Position numbers and translations under genes: made by a program
The notes under the pieces: generated by a model
Told to the model about the DNA's origin: nothing
The model's input: the letters and a program-made list of their open reading frames with translations, nothing else
Databases searched by the model: none
DNA from: Solirubrobacterales bacterium
Lineage (GTDB): Bacteria > Actinomycetota > Thermoleophilia > Solirubrobacterales > 70-9
Assembly (NCBI GenBank): GCA_020438355.1
Contig: JAGQUT010000008.1
Span: 20,683 to 84,682 of the forward strand
DNA length: 64,000 nt
Direction: 5' to 3'
Shown here: positions 36,547 to 44,374 of the stretch, one piece after another
How positions within the stretch are numbered: the stretch's first letter is position 1
How the letters are laid out: each line of letters starts with the position of its first letter

Positions 36547-37382
36547 AGGTCATCGCGCGCCGTCCCGAGCTCACTGTAGAGCTCGGGACGGCGGGCCCTG
36601 AGCAATCCGGGCAGGGAGCTGAAAGTCTTCGGTTCCTCCATCGAGTCGTCGCGATTTCGAAGCCACCTCGCCCGTTCCAGATCGAGATCGGCGACCACCA
36701 GTCCCGGTTCGACGCTGGACGCCAGCAGTGCCTCCGGTCCGGCGATCAGTGCGGATCCGAACTCGTCATCGAAGAGCTGCTGGGTCAGGCCGACGAAGAG
36801 TCCGTTCTCGACCGCCCTGGCCCTTGCGATCAGCTTCCAGTTCTCGGCAACCCGGTGAAACCCGCCGCCGGCGGGAGCGAGAAGGATCTCGGCTCCCCTC
36901 AGCGCGAGAACCCGGCACAGTTCAGGGTTCCAAAGCTCCGAACACACCGCCACCCCAAGCCTGAGCCCGTCGAGTTCAAAGACTCCCGGCTCCGGACCAG
37001 GCGCCATCGGGGCCCCGGACAGCACAGGATGGACGTCCCCGGTCGCCGGGTGGCTACGGACGTAACGACCAGCCTCGCTTCCATCGGGTCCGGTCAGTAG
37101 CACCACGGTGGAGTACCGACCGTCGCCGGTCGGCTCCACCCTGCCCCAGCAGGCCGCCGTTCCCCCTTTCCGGCAGGCGTTGGCGATCGCTTCCGACGCG
37201 TCGTAGTCGAGGCCGGCGGAGATCGGACCCGGGTAGCTCTCCGGGAAGAGCAGGAGATCGGCGTTGGCGCGCCCGGCGGCAGTGATCAGGGTCACCGCGT
37301 CATTCACCCGCGAGGACTCGTCGAGTTCACGATCGATAGCCGGCTGGGCCAGCGCGAGCCTGAAGCTTTCTCTGGCACTCAC
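36519..37382 (-). CDS. carbon-nitrogen hydrolase (nitrilase superfamily) protein
   Basis: LLLFPESYPGP (catalytic Glu region) and GVAVCSELW (catalytic Cys). Confidence 0.85.
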   Translation of the reverse strand: MSARESFRLALAQPAIDRELDESSRVNDAVTLITAAGRANADLLLFPESYPGPISAGLDYDASEAIANACRKGGTAACWGRVEPTGDGRYSTVVLLTGPDGSEAGRYVRSHPATGDVHPVLSGAPMAPGPEPGVFELDGLRLGVAVCSELWNPELCRVLALRGAEILLAPAGGGFHRVAENWKLIARARAVENGLFVGLTQQLFDDEFGSALIAGPEALLASSVEPGLVVADLDLERARWLRNRDDSMEEPKTFSSLPGLLRARRPELYSELGTARDDLYDFEAAST

Positions 37383-38044
37383 CTTGCTGCCTCCGTAACG
37401 GTGACGATCAGGCTGCCACGGCGCCAGCCCGATATGTCGAGGTCGGGGCAGGCCGATACGGCACAGGTGACCGGGCGGAGAGCCCGAAACTCAAGATGAT
37501 CGCCGGCCTGGAGATCTACACCGGCAAGTCCGCGGTAGGCGATGTCGTCGGCCGAGTACCCGACGAAGAAGGAGAGCATGCCGGCCAGCTCGCTTCGCTC
37601 GATTTCGAGCGCTTCGGAGATCAGATCCTGGCAACCCGGCCGACGGTCTTCGTAGACCTCGTCCCAGCATCCGGGATACATGATGTCTGCGACCCCCTCG
37701 CCCTGAAGTGACGTCAGTTCGAAGGTCGCCTCGCCGTGTGCGTCGAAGAGGGAGTCCCCCGGCAGGGCCGAGTAGACCAGCCACGGTCGCTTGAAGCGCT
37801 TCCAGCCGAGCTTGTTCCGGGTCAGGGCCTGATCGAACCCGGGAAAGCTGAAATCGCCCCCCTGGGAACCATCGGGGGTCTCTATCCGGATCTTGTCGCC
37901 GGTCTCGAGGCTGAACCGGGAAGCGGTCCCGTGGTCCACCTCAACGGAAAGTCCTGTCATGCCATCGCACCCGCTTTCAGTCGGGTCGCACTCCTTAATC
38001 GAAGCGGTGCTTACGAACTCAGTGCGACGGTTCGGTTCCATCAT
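37379..38044 (-). CDS. DUF1989 (urea-carboxylase-associated/carboxyguanidine-deiminase-like) family protein
   Basis: Pattern QGGDFSF...NKLGW...YPGCWD...SFFVGY. Start set at MMEPN (38044). The stop overlaps the nitrilase-gene start by 4 nt. Confidence 0.7.
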   Translation of the reverse strand: MMEPNRRTEFVSTASIKECDPTESGCDGMTGLSVEVDHGTASRFSLETGDKIRIETPDGSQGGDFSFPGFDQALTRNKLGWKRFKRPWLVYSALPGDSLFDAHGEATFELTSLQGEGVADIMYPGCWDEVYEDRRPGCQDLISEALEIERSELAGMLSFFVGYSADDIAYRGLAGVDLQAGDHLEFRALRPVTCAVSACPDLDISGWRRGSLIVTVTEAAR

Positions 38045-38074
38045 AACCCGTGAAAAACCGCATCTCCGGTCGCG

Positions 38075-38095
38075 CTCGATGGTTGTACCATCGAG
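38075..38095. promoter_or_regulatory. perfect 21-bp palindrome (9+3+9) in a 51-bp divergent intergenic region
   Basis: CTCGATGGT-TGT-ACCATCGAG ends at the base before ATG 38096. Confidence 0.5.
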
Positions 38096-38398
38096 ATGAT
38101 GCTTCGCAAAGGACCGATGATCGTCGTCCTGTGCCTGCTGACCCTGATGGGAGCGGCGGGCCTTTTCGATGACGTTTCCGGGCTCCTCATGCTCGCCCCT
38201 TTCCTTGCCTTGCTGGGGCTTCTGCTTGCCGGCCTCTACCCGGGCGAGCGGATCATCGAGCATCTCGCAAGTGCCCTTCGCGCCCGACCCTGGAGCGCGA
38301 CCCCACCGCGGCTGGATGTGCCGGACCTCCGGACCTTTGCCGTCACGATCCCGACTTTCGGGACCGCCGGGCCCCGGGCACCACCCTTCTTCGCCTGA
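38096..38398 (+). CDS. hypothetical small membrane protein (100 aa, about 2 TM segments)
   Basis: Hydrophobic N-terminal half and GC3-biased codons. No family recognised and no SD. Confidence 0.35.
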   Translation: MMLRKGPMIVVLCLLTLMGAAGLFDDVSGLLMLAPFLALLGLLLAGLYPGERIIEHLASALRARPWSATPPRLDVPDLRTFAVTIPTFGTAGPRAPPFFA

Positions 38399-38452
38399 AT
38401 CCGAAGATCGTCCGGCCGAAGGCCGGAGAAGTGCGAAGCGAAAGGAGCCTCG

Positions 38453-39118
38453 ATGGAGGTCCCAGGAGTTCGTTCAGTCACGATCGGAAGGGTTCTCTCC
38501 GCAACACTGCTGGCCGTTGTACTCACGGTTCTGGCAGCCGGTTGTGGCAGTGACTCATCCGACGAGCTGAATGGCATAACGCGGGTTCCCCCCGCAAAGA
38601 CGGAGAACGTGGCACTCCCGGACGAGAGTCCGGAATCGAAAGGCAAGACCGTAGCCCTCAAAGGTGAAGACGGCGGATTGATGCTGGTCTATTTCGGATA
38701 CACCTCATGCCCGGACGTGTGCCCGACCTCGATGGCAGACCTGCGGCTTGCCCTGGCGGACCTTGACCCCGAGCAGCGCGAACGGGTCCAGGTTTCGATG
38801 GTCACAGTGGACCCGAAAAGGGACAGCGGCAAGGTGCTGAACGGGTACCTGGGCCACTTCTTCAACCAGGGGGAATACCACTCGCTTCGCACCGAACAAC
38901 CCGGAAAGCTGGCCCGGGCCGAGAAGGCCTTTGGAGCCAGCCACGAACTCGGCAAGCCTGACGCGGAAGGCGAGTATGACGTCAGCCACACCGCACAGAT
39001 CTATGCCGTTGACGACCGCGGGGTAGTCCAGGTCGAATGGCCGTTCCAGACCGACCCGGAACTGATCTCGCAAGACCTCAAGAACCTGCTCGAAAACAAC
39101 AGTAATCCGGACGCATAG
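38453..39118 (+). CDS. SCO1/SenC-family copper chaperone (lipoprotein)
   Basis: Lipobox LAAGCGS, thioredoxin-like fold with FGYTSCPDVCP (CxxxC) and a downstream His (SHTAQ). Confidence 0.9.
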   Translation: MEVPGVRSVTIGRVLSATLLAVVLTVLAAGCGSDSSDELNGITRVPPAKTENVALPDESPESKGKTVALKGEDGGLMLVYFGYTSCPDVCPTSMADLRLALADLDPEQRERVQVSMVTVDPKRDSGKVLNGYLGHFFNQGEYHSLRTEQPGKLARAEKAFGASHELGKPDAEGEYDVSHTAQIYAVDDRGVVQVEWPFQTDPELISQDLKNLLENNSNPDA

Positions 39119-39140
39119 CGATCCGGGAAGGAGATAACAA

Positions 39141-39710
39141 ATGAAGAAACTAGCCCTGCTTCTCACTCTCGTCCTGTCGATGGGAGTAGTCCTCGCGGCC
39201 TGCGGCTCCGATGACTCCGATTCGGGTTCGTCCTCGTCAGTTGAAGTGACCGACGTCTGGACCCGCGCAACGACACCGACCCAGGACACGGGCGCGGTGT
39301 ACATGACGATCAACTCGGCTGACGGCGACACCCTGACTGACGCTTCGGTGCCGACCAGCGTCGCCGGCAAGACCGAGATTCACGAGACCACGACCGACGG
39401 CGAAGCAACCGCGGCCGAGGACTCGATGGAATCGGGCAACATGGAGAGCGACTCCAGCATGGAAGGCAACTCCGAAGAGATGCACGGTTCCGGAGATATG
39501 CATGGTGACTCCGGCGCGATGATGGGCATGAAGCAGATCGACCAGCTGGACATTCCGGCCGGCGAGACCGTGACCCTGGAGCCCGGCGGCTTCCACATCA
39601 TGCTGCTGGAACTGAAGGGCCAGATCAATGACGGAGACACCATCCCCGTCACGCTGACCTTCGAGAAGGCCGGCGAAGTCCAGGTCGAGGCTGTTGCCAA
39701 GGACGAGTAA
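39141..39710 (+). CDS. PCu(A)C-type periplasmic copper chaperone (lipoprotein) with a Met/His-rich insertion
   Basis: Lipobox LAACGS; H81 ... M130-X21-H152-X-M154 matches the M-X21-H-X-M part of the PCuAC motif. Confidence 0.85.
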   Translation: MKKLALLLTLVLSMGVVLAACGSDDSDSGSSSSVEVTDVWTRATTPTQDTGAVYMTINSADGDTLTDASVPTSVAGKTEIHETTTDGEATAAEDSMESGNMESDSSMEGNSEEMHGSGDMHGDSGAMMGMKQIDQLDIPAGETVTLEPGGFHIMLLELKGQINDGDTIPVTLTFEKAGEVQVEAVAKDE

Positions 39711-40098
39711 CAGCAGCGCACGCAAGGGTCCGGCCCCCTGGGGCCGGACCCGACGCGTACTGGCCGGGCTGCTTCTGGCAGCCCTGGCCAGCCTCGTCCT
39801 GGCCGCGTGCGGTGGCTCGGACGAAAACCAGGGCGAAACCGTTCGTCTGGTGATCCCGGCAGGAACCTCGAAGAAGGTGAACGCAGGCAAGGACGTCGAG
39901 GGAATCCCGGACCGGATTTCGGCAAGCGTCGGCGACACCCTTGTCGTCGAGAACCGGGACAGTTCGACCCAGTTCATTTCCGGGTTTGCAATTTCCCCCG
40001 GTCAAACAATGAAAATACCCCTGTTGCGCGAAGGTACATACATGACCAACTGTTCCGCACATCGGAACCGGAGCATCGAGATGGTGGTGAAGGCATGA
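39694..40098 (+). CDS. lipoprotein, possibly cupredoxin-like
   Basis: Lipobox LAACGG, a beta-rich sequence and a C-terminal C-S-A-H-x6-M string. The only in-frame start before the lipobox is TTG 39694. Confidence 0.5.
   Translation: MPRTSNSSARKGPAPWGRTRRVLAGLLLAALASLVLAACGGSDENQGETVRLVIPAGTSKKVNAGKDVEGIPDRISASVGDTLVVENRDSSTQFISGFAISPGQTMKIPLLREGTYMTNCSAHRNRSIEMVVKA
39727..39750 (+). other. perfect 11-bp-arm GC hairpin just after the PCuAC stop codon
   Basis: GGTCCGGCCCC-ct-GGGGCCGGACC with no U-tract. It lies inside the predicted 5' coding region of the next ORF. Confidence 0.5.
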
Positions 40099-40448
40099 AG
40101 AAACTGATTCTTTTCCTGATCGTTCCCGCGGCGATACTCGCCGGATGCGGGGGCAGCGACGACGGTGGCTCGAGTGACAGCAGCACCGCCACTCCGGACT
40201 CTGGCGGCACAAACGCCGCAGCGATCGAACTTTTTGACTCGAGCGGTTGCGCCGGCTGCCACACGCTCTCCGAAGCGGATGCGGAAGGTCCCCTTGGGCC
40301 CGAGCTGGATGGCACGAATCTGAGTGTGGATCAGGTCCGATCGCAGATCGAAAACGGTGGCGGTTCGATGCCCGCCTTCAAGGACGAGCTGACTCCGCAG
40401 CAGATCGACCAGCTGGCCGAGTTCGTTTCCCAGGCGAGCCAGTCTTGA
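40095..40448 (+). CDS. class I c-type cytochrome (lipoprotein)
   Basis: MKKLILFLIVPAAILAGCGG lipobox, CAGCH heme-binding site and a distal Met (GGSMPAF). ATGA overlap with the upstream gene. Confidence 0.85.
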   Translation: MKKLILFLIVPAAILAGCGGSDDGGSSDSSTATPDSGGTNAAAIELFDSSGCAGCHTLSEADAEGPLGPELDGTNLSVDQVRSQIENGGGSMPAFKDELTPQQIDQLAEFVSQASQS

Positions 40449-40463
40449 CCTGAACCGGTCGCC

Positions 40464-41162
40464 TCAGCGGCCGGATGCTGAGAAGTGCTGGTAATCCCTG
40501 GTGCCATACCAGTCACCGCCCCACTCCCAGCCGACCGAAGCGAAGGCCTGAACCACCGTGCCCCGGGCGCTGATCATGCCCCGGCGGTGAGGTGTGCGCC
40601 TGGCGAACGGCCGGCCCTTCGCCGGCGACACGTGACTGCCCGACACGTAGGGGTTCTCGACAGGATTGATGTCAATCGCCCGGCCGTAGGCGTGCCGTGA
40701 CCAGACTCCCGGGCTTCCGGCAACCTCACGGCAGTTGAAGGCGGAGGTGTTGTCGGCATTCATTGAGCGGTGGTCGTCTGCCCCGTAAGCATCGACGAGC
40801 CTCATCCGCCGGATCCTGAAACCGGCATCGAAGAGCTTTCGAAATACCTTCAGAATCCGGGGGGACGCCGTTTCGTGGACGACCAGATAGCCCCATTTTG
40901 CGCCGCCTCCGAACCCGCGGTACTTCAGCTTCAGGAGCCGCAGGTCAGCCAGCCCGACCGGACAACCCGGTCGCCAGGAGCTTCCCGTCATTCGCTGCCT
41001 CAGGTTCCGGTCGAGGACTCGGATCTCCCCCTTGAAGACCTGCCGGGTCACATCGCCGGACCGTTCCGTCCGCTCGGCGACCGTTGGTTCGGCGCCAGCG
41101 CCAGAGATGAGCGAGAGTGCCAGAACTGTGGCGCCGACGGCTACGAGGGCAGAAAACCTCAT
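40464..41162 (-). CDS. M15-family (VanY/LD-carboxypeptidase-like) metallopeptidase, secreted
   Basis: Signal peptide, SRHAYGRAIDINP (SxHxxGxAxD) and WEWGGDW...DYQHF. Confidence 0.8.
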   Translation of the reverse strand: MRFSALVAVGATVLALSLISGAGAEPTVAERTERSGDVTRQVFKGEIRVLDRNLRQRMTGSSWRPGCPVGLADLRLLKLKYRGFGGGAKWGYLVVHETASPRILKVFRKLFDAGFRIRRMRLVDAYGADDHRSMNADNTSAFNCREVAGSPGVWSRHAYGRAIDINPVENPYVSGSHVSPAKGRPFARRTPHRRGMISARGTVVQAFASVGWEWGGDWYGTRDYQHFSASGR

Positions 41163-41229
41163 GAACCGAGACTAGACAACCGGCCAGAAACCGAAACCGG
41201 CGGGCCGGTAGAGTCCCCTCTGTGATCAG

Positions 41230-41550
41230 TTGGTTCCCTTTGTTCCACAAGCAGAAGAAGCGGTGAGAAAGTCCGTCGCCATAGGCATTGCCGGGGTGAC
41301 CGCTGTCGTCGTGGCGGCGATACGTCAGGTCCAGCGAGACAACAGCCTGGATACCGATCCGGCCCCCGCTCCCGCGCCCGCTCCGCCCCGCGACCCCGAG
41401 CCGGCTCCGAGCCAGTCCCTCTTCACTCCTTCGGTGAACGAGAAGTCGACCAAGGCCGAGCTCTACGAGGTTGCGACGGAACTGAAGGTCGAAGGCCGCT
41501 CGAAGATGAACAAGAGCGAGCTGCTGGCCGCGATCCGCGCAGCGTCCTGA
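41230..41550 (+). CDS. small protein with one TM segment and a Rho-N/SAP-like C-terminal motif
   Basis: KAELYEVATELKVEGRSKMNKSELLAAI. The true start may be GTG 41263. Confidence 0.6.
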   Translation: MVPFVPQAEEAVRKSVAIGIAGVTAVVVAAIRQVQRDNSLDTDPAPAPAPAPPRDPEPAPSQSLFTPSVNEKSTKAELYEVATELKVEGRSKMNKSELLAAIRAAS

Positions 41551-41554
41551 ACGG

Positions 41555-42157
41555 CTAGCGCCGCCCCTCTAGCTCCAGCAGGGCTCTCTTCATTTCAGTG
41601 CCCCCGAGGTAGGCGCCGATCTTGCCGTCGGATCTCAGCACCCGGTGGCAGGGAACCACGATCGGCAGCGGGTTGTTCGCCAGCGCCGAGCCTGCCGCCC
41701 GGCTCGCACCAGGGCTTCCCGCCCGGCCAGCGATCTCTCCGTAGCTGGCGGTGACCCCGTACGGGATGGCTGCCGTCTGCTCCAGCACGCTGCGACGAAA
41801 GCCTCCGGTGAGTCTCCAGTCGAGCGGCAGCTCGAACTCCCTCAGATTTCCTCCGAAGTAAGAGTCGAGTTGTTCGCGGGCCCGGGTGATGCTGTTTCTA
41901 CCCAGCATCGCCAGGCGCGGTGAGACCCTGGCCGCGAGCGAGTCGAGCACCTGCCCGGCATCCTCGGCTGGCAGGGCGATCCTCACGATCCCCTCCCGGC
42001 TCGCCGCCACGATCATCTCGCCGAACGGTGTTTCGTGAACCTCGTAGGTCACGTCGAGCAGTCCCTCGGACTCTGCCGAGGCGAGCAGGTTGCCCCTGAC
42101 CCGGTCCCATGAACTCCCGGCGGCGGGTCTCGCCAGTCTGTCTTCGATTTCACTCAT
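41555..42157 (-). CDS. ogt: methylated-DNA--protein-cysteine methyltransferase
   Basis: Active site IVVPCHRV and helix-turn-wing region YGEIAGRAG...RAAGSALANNP. ATG 42157 overlaps the sigma-factor gene end by 8 nt (ATGAGTGA). Confidence 0.9.
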   Translation of the reverse strand: MSEIEDRLARPAAGSSWDRVRGNLLASAESEGLLDVTYEVHETPFGEMIVAASREGIVRIALPAEDAGQVLDSLAARVSPRLAMLGRNSITRAREQLDSYFGGNLREFELPLDWRLTGGFRRSVLEQTAAIPYGVTASYGEIAGRAGSPGASRAAGSALANNPLPIVVPCHRVLRSDGKIGAYLGGTEMKRALLELEGRR

Positions 42158-42641
42158 CGCCAATCCTCTCCCGAAGGTTCTTCAGGCCCTCGAAGACGTT
42201 TCTTCTTGCCGCTGCTTCGCTGATTCCCATCGCTTCAGCGATCTGCCGGTGGCTGAGGTCACCCTGGTAGCGCAGGCTTACCGCCAGCCGTTGTTTCCCG
42301 GGTAGTGCCCTGACTTCATCCCAGACCGGATCGTCGAGGCGGTCGGTCACCTCGGCAGAAGGCCAGTCATCTATCTCACCTTCCGGTGAGGGACGACGGA
42401 CTGCCCGGCGTTCCTCATCGATTGCCTTGTTGTTGGCGATCGAGAAGAGCCAGGCCTTGAGCGAGCTGACTGTCACGGATTCCCAGGCGGCCAGCGCCGC
42501 GAGCATCGTCTCCTGGAAGACGTCATCCGCGCGGTCCGGTCCGACCCTCGTAACGAGCCACGCGTGGAGGCGCGGTCCGTGCTCATCGAGCGCCACCTCG
42601 AATGGCTGCAATTCGTGCTGTATCGACTTGCCAGCTCTCAC
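42150..42641 (-). CDS. ECF-type RNA polymerase sigma-70 factor
   Basis: Region 2 (DDVFQETMLAALAAW) and region 4 (LSHRQIAEAMGISEAAARRNVFEGLKNLR). GTG start with AGGA upstream. Confidence 0.9.
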   Translation of the reverse strand: MRAGKSIQHELQPFEVALDEHGPRLHAWLVTRVGPDRADDVFQETMLAALAAWESVTVSSLKAWLFSIANNKAIDEERRAVRRPSPEGEIDDWPSAEVTDRLDDPVWDEVRALPGKQRLAVSLRYQGDLSHRQIAEAMGISEAAARRNVFEGLKNLRERIGDE

Positions 42642-42717
42642 AGTTCCTGAGACGAATCAGCGACCGTTTTTGTGAGATCGGTGAGCCGGACTCATTCAGC
42701 AACTCTATTCTTGGCCC

Positions 42718-43500
42718 GTGGCTCTGGCAGACCAGTACGACGGCTTCCTTATCGACCTCGACGGCGTCGTCTGGCTGGGCCACGAACTGATCGAAGGTTC
42801 AGCGAGGGCGCTGGAGGCACTTTCGGAGGCGGGCAAGCCGGTGGCCTTCGTGACCAACAGCCCAAGGATCTCGCCGGCCGAGCAGGCCCGGGTCATGCAG
42901 GAGCAGGGTGTCCAGGCGGATGCCTCACAGATAGTGACTGCAGGGTCAACACTCCTTTCACTCGCTCTGGACGAGCTCGGATCCGGGGCCGGGGTCTTTG
43001 CCACCGGAACCCCGGGGTTCTTCCAGCAGGTCGTGGATGCCGGACTGAACCCGCTTGAGCAGGTTGACTGGGAGATGGCCGAAGGCGTCCTCGTCACCGG
43101 CCATCCCCGTTTCGATTACGGCGAACTGAAGGCAGCCTCGATGGCCGCGAGGGGCGGCGTTTTCTTCGCCGCGACGGGCCGCGACCCGACCATGCCGATG
43201 GCAGATGGGCTCTGGCCCGGCACCGGGTCAATTCTCGCCGCGATCGAGACCGCCTCCGGCAGGAAGGCACGCATCGCGGGCAAGCCGGAAAGGCCGATCT
43301 TTCTCGCGGGCCTGGAGGTTCTTGGACTACCGGAGGGCGCAAAGGTAGCGATGATCGGTGACCGCCTCGACACCGATGTCGGCGGTGCGCAGGCCGCAGG
43401 GCTCGACGGGATTCTCGTCACGGGCAACGATTCGATCCCACCGGGAACCGAAACAACTCCAGACCACGAAATCGAAAGTCTCGCCGGCCTGATCCTCTGA
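42718..43500 (+). CDS. HAD-superfamily hydrolase, subfamily IIA (NagD-like)
   Basis: LIDLDGVVWLG, VTNS and IGDRLDTDV motifs. Confidence 0.85.
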   Translation: MALADQYDGFLIDLDGVVWLGHELIEGSARALEALSEAGKPVAFVTNSPRISPAEQARVMQEQGVQADASQIVTAGSTLLSLALDELGSGAGVFATGTPGFFQQVVDAGLNPLEQVDWEMAEGVLVTGHPRFDYGELKAASMAARGGVFFAATGRDPTMPMADGLWPGTGSILAAIETASGRKARIAGKPERPIFLAGLEVLGLPEGAKVAMIGDRLDTDVGGAQAAGLDGILVTGNDSIPPGTETTPDHEIESLAGLIL

Positions 43501-43528
43501 CAATCTCAGATCGGCCCCACCCGACTTC

Positions 43529-44356
43529 TTATGTACAGGGTCGCCAGGGGCGGGCGAAGAGGTCGTACTCCTTGCCGATCGAGCTGAACCGGATCTTCTC
43601 CGCCCGTGCGCAGAACTTTGACCTGGGTATCTCGTACTCGACCGAGAAGACCGCCTTGCCTCGTCGGATGAACGGCAGGTACTGGCCGCACTCGTTGTAT
43701 TGGAAGCACTGCTCGACGACCGCAAAATCGAAGTCACCAACCAGCGCCCGGGCCTGGCGTCCGTCGTTCTTCAGGCCAACGGCCAGCCCCTTTGAGTGAG
43801 CAACCCGGGCGATCCAGCGATTGAACTTCAGCTGATCCTTCGCGGTGAGAGGGAACCCGGTCGGGTTCTCCCAGCCGTTGATGTTGTCGGGCTCGAGAGC
43901 ATCGAATCCCTTCCGCGCGCACATGCTTATCCGGTCCTTGATCGGACCGGCGAACTGGCGGTAGCGTCGGATGTCGAGCCAGCGTTCGTTCGGGTAGCCC
44001 TCGTATTTGCGACCGATCACCGATTTCGGGAAGCGCTTCGCATCAGGACGGTAGTTCTCCCAGCTGCCGACGTCGATGTAACAGATCACCTTTCGGCCCT
44101 TTGAATGCAGCTTGCTCACGGTGGCCTTGGAAACGTTGAAGCCGTCGACCTCGTATACCGGCGCGTCGATCGAGGTGTCGATCTTTCCCTGGAGCTGGAA
44201 CTGCCAGGAAGCGGTGGTCGGCTTGGGCTGCCAACGGTTGGGCTTCGCGTCCGAACTCTCCGGATCCGACGAGCAGGCAGCCAGGACCACCATCAGGGCG
44301 AGGAAAGCGAAGGCGAGCGTGCAGGGAAGCGCACGCGGGAGGCGGGCAAGGCGCAT
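43529..44356 (-). CDS. GH114-like endo-alpha-1,4-polygalactosaminidase family lipoprotein
   Basis: Lipobox LAACSS, then WQFQLQG, VICYIDVGSWENYRPD, GFDALEPDNI and VVEQCFQYNEC. Confidence 0.8.
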   Translation of the reverse strand: MRLARLPRALPCTLAFAFLALMVVLAACSSDPESSDAKPNRWQPKPTTASWQFQLQGKIDTSIDAPVYEVDGFNVSKATVSKLHSKGRKVICYIDVGSWENYRPDAKRFPKSVIGRKYEGYPNERWLDIRRYRQFAGPIKDRISMCARKGFDALEPDNINGWENPTGFPLTAKDQLKFNRWIARVAHSKGLAVGLKNDGRQARALVGDFDFAVVEQCFQYNECGQYLPFIRRGKAVFSVEYEIPRSKFCARAEKIRFSSIGKEYDLFARPWRPCT

Positions 44357-44374
44357 CGGGACAGGTTAGCCGGG

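Noticed and set aside
38045-38095. Guanidine riboswitch (ykkC, mini-ykkC or guanidine-III) upstream of the DUF1989 gene.
   Set aside because: The leader is at most 51 nt. Its single hairpin has an ACA loop rather than ACGR loops. No ykkC-like conserved strings were seen.
38045-38263. Upstream extension of the DUF1989 ORF (MLDDPLARVEAGKQKPQQGKERGEHEEP...).
   Set aside because: The translation is highly charged and low-complexity. The extension overlaps the divergent small membrane ORF and the 21-bp palindrome. The DUF1989-like sequence starts after MMEPN.
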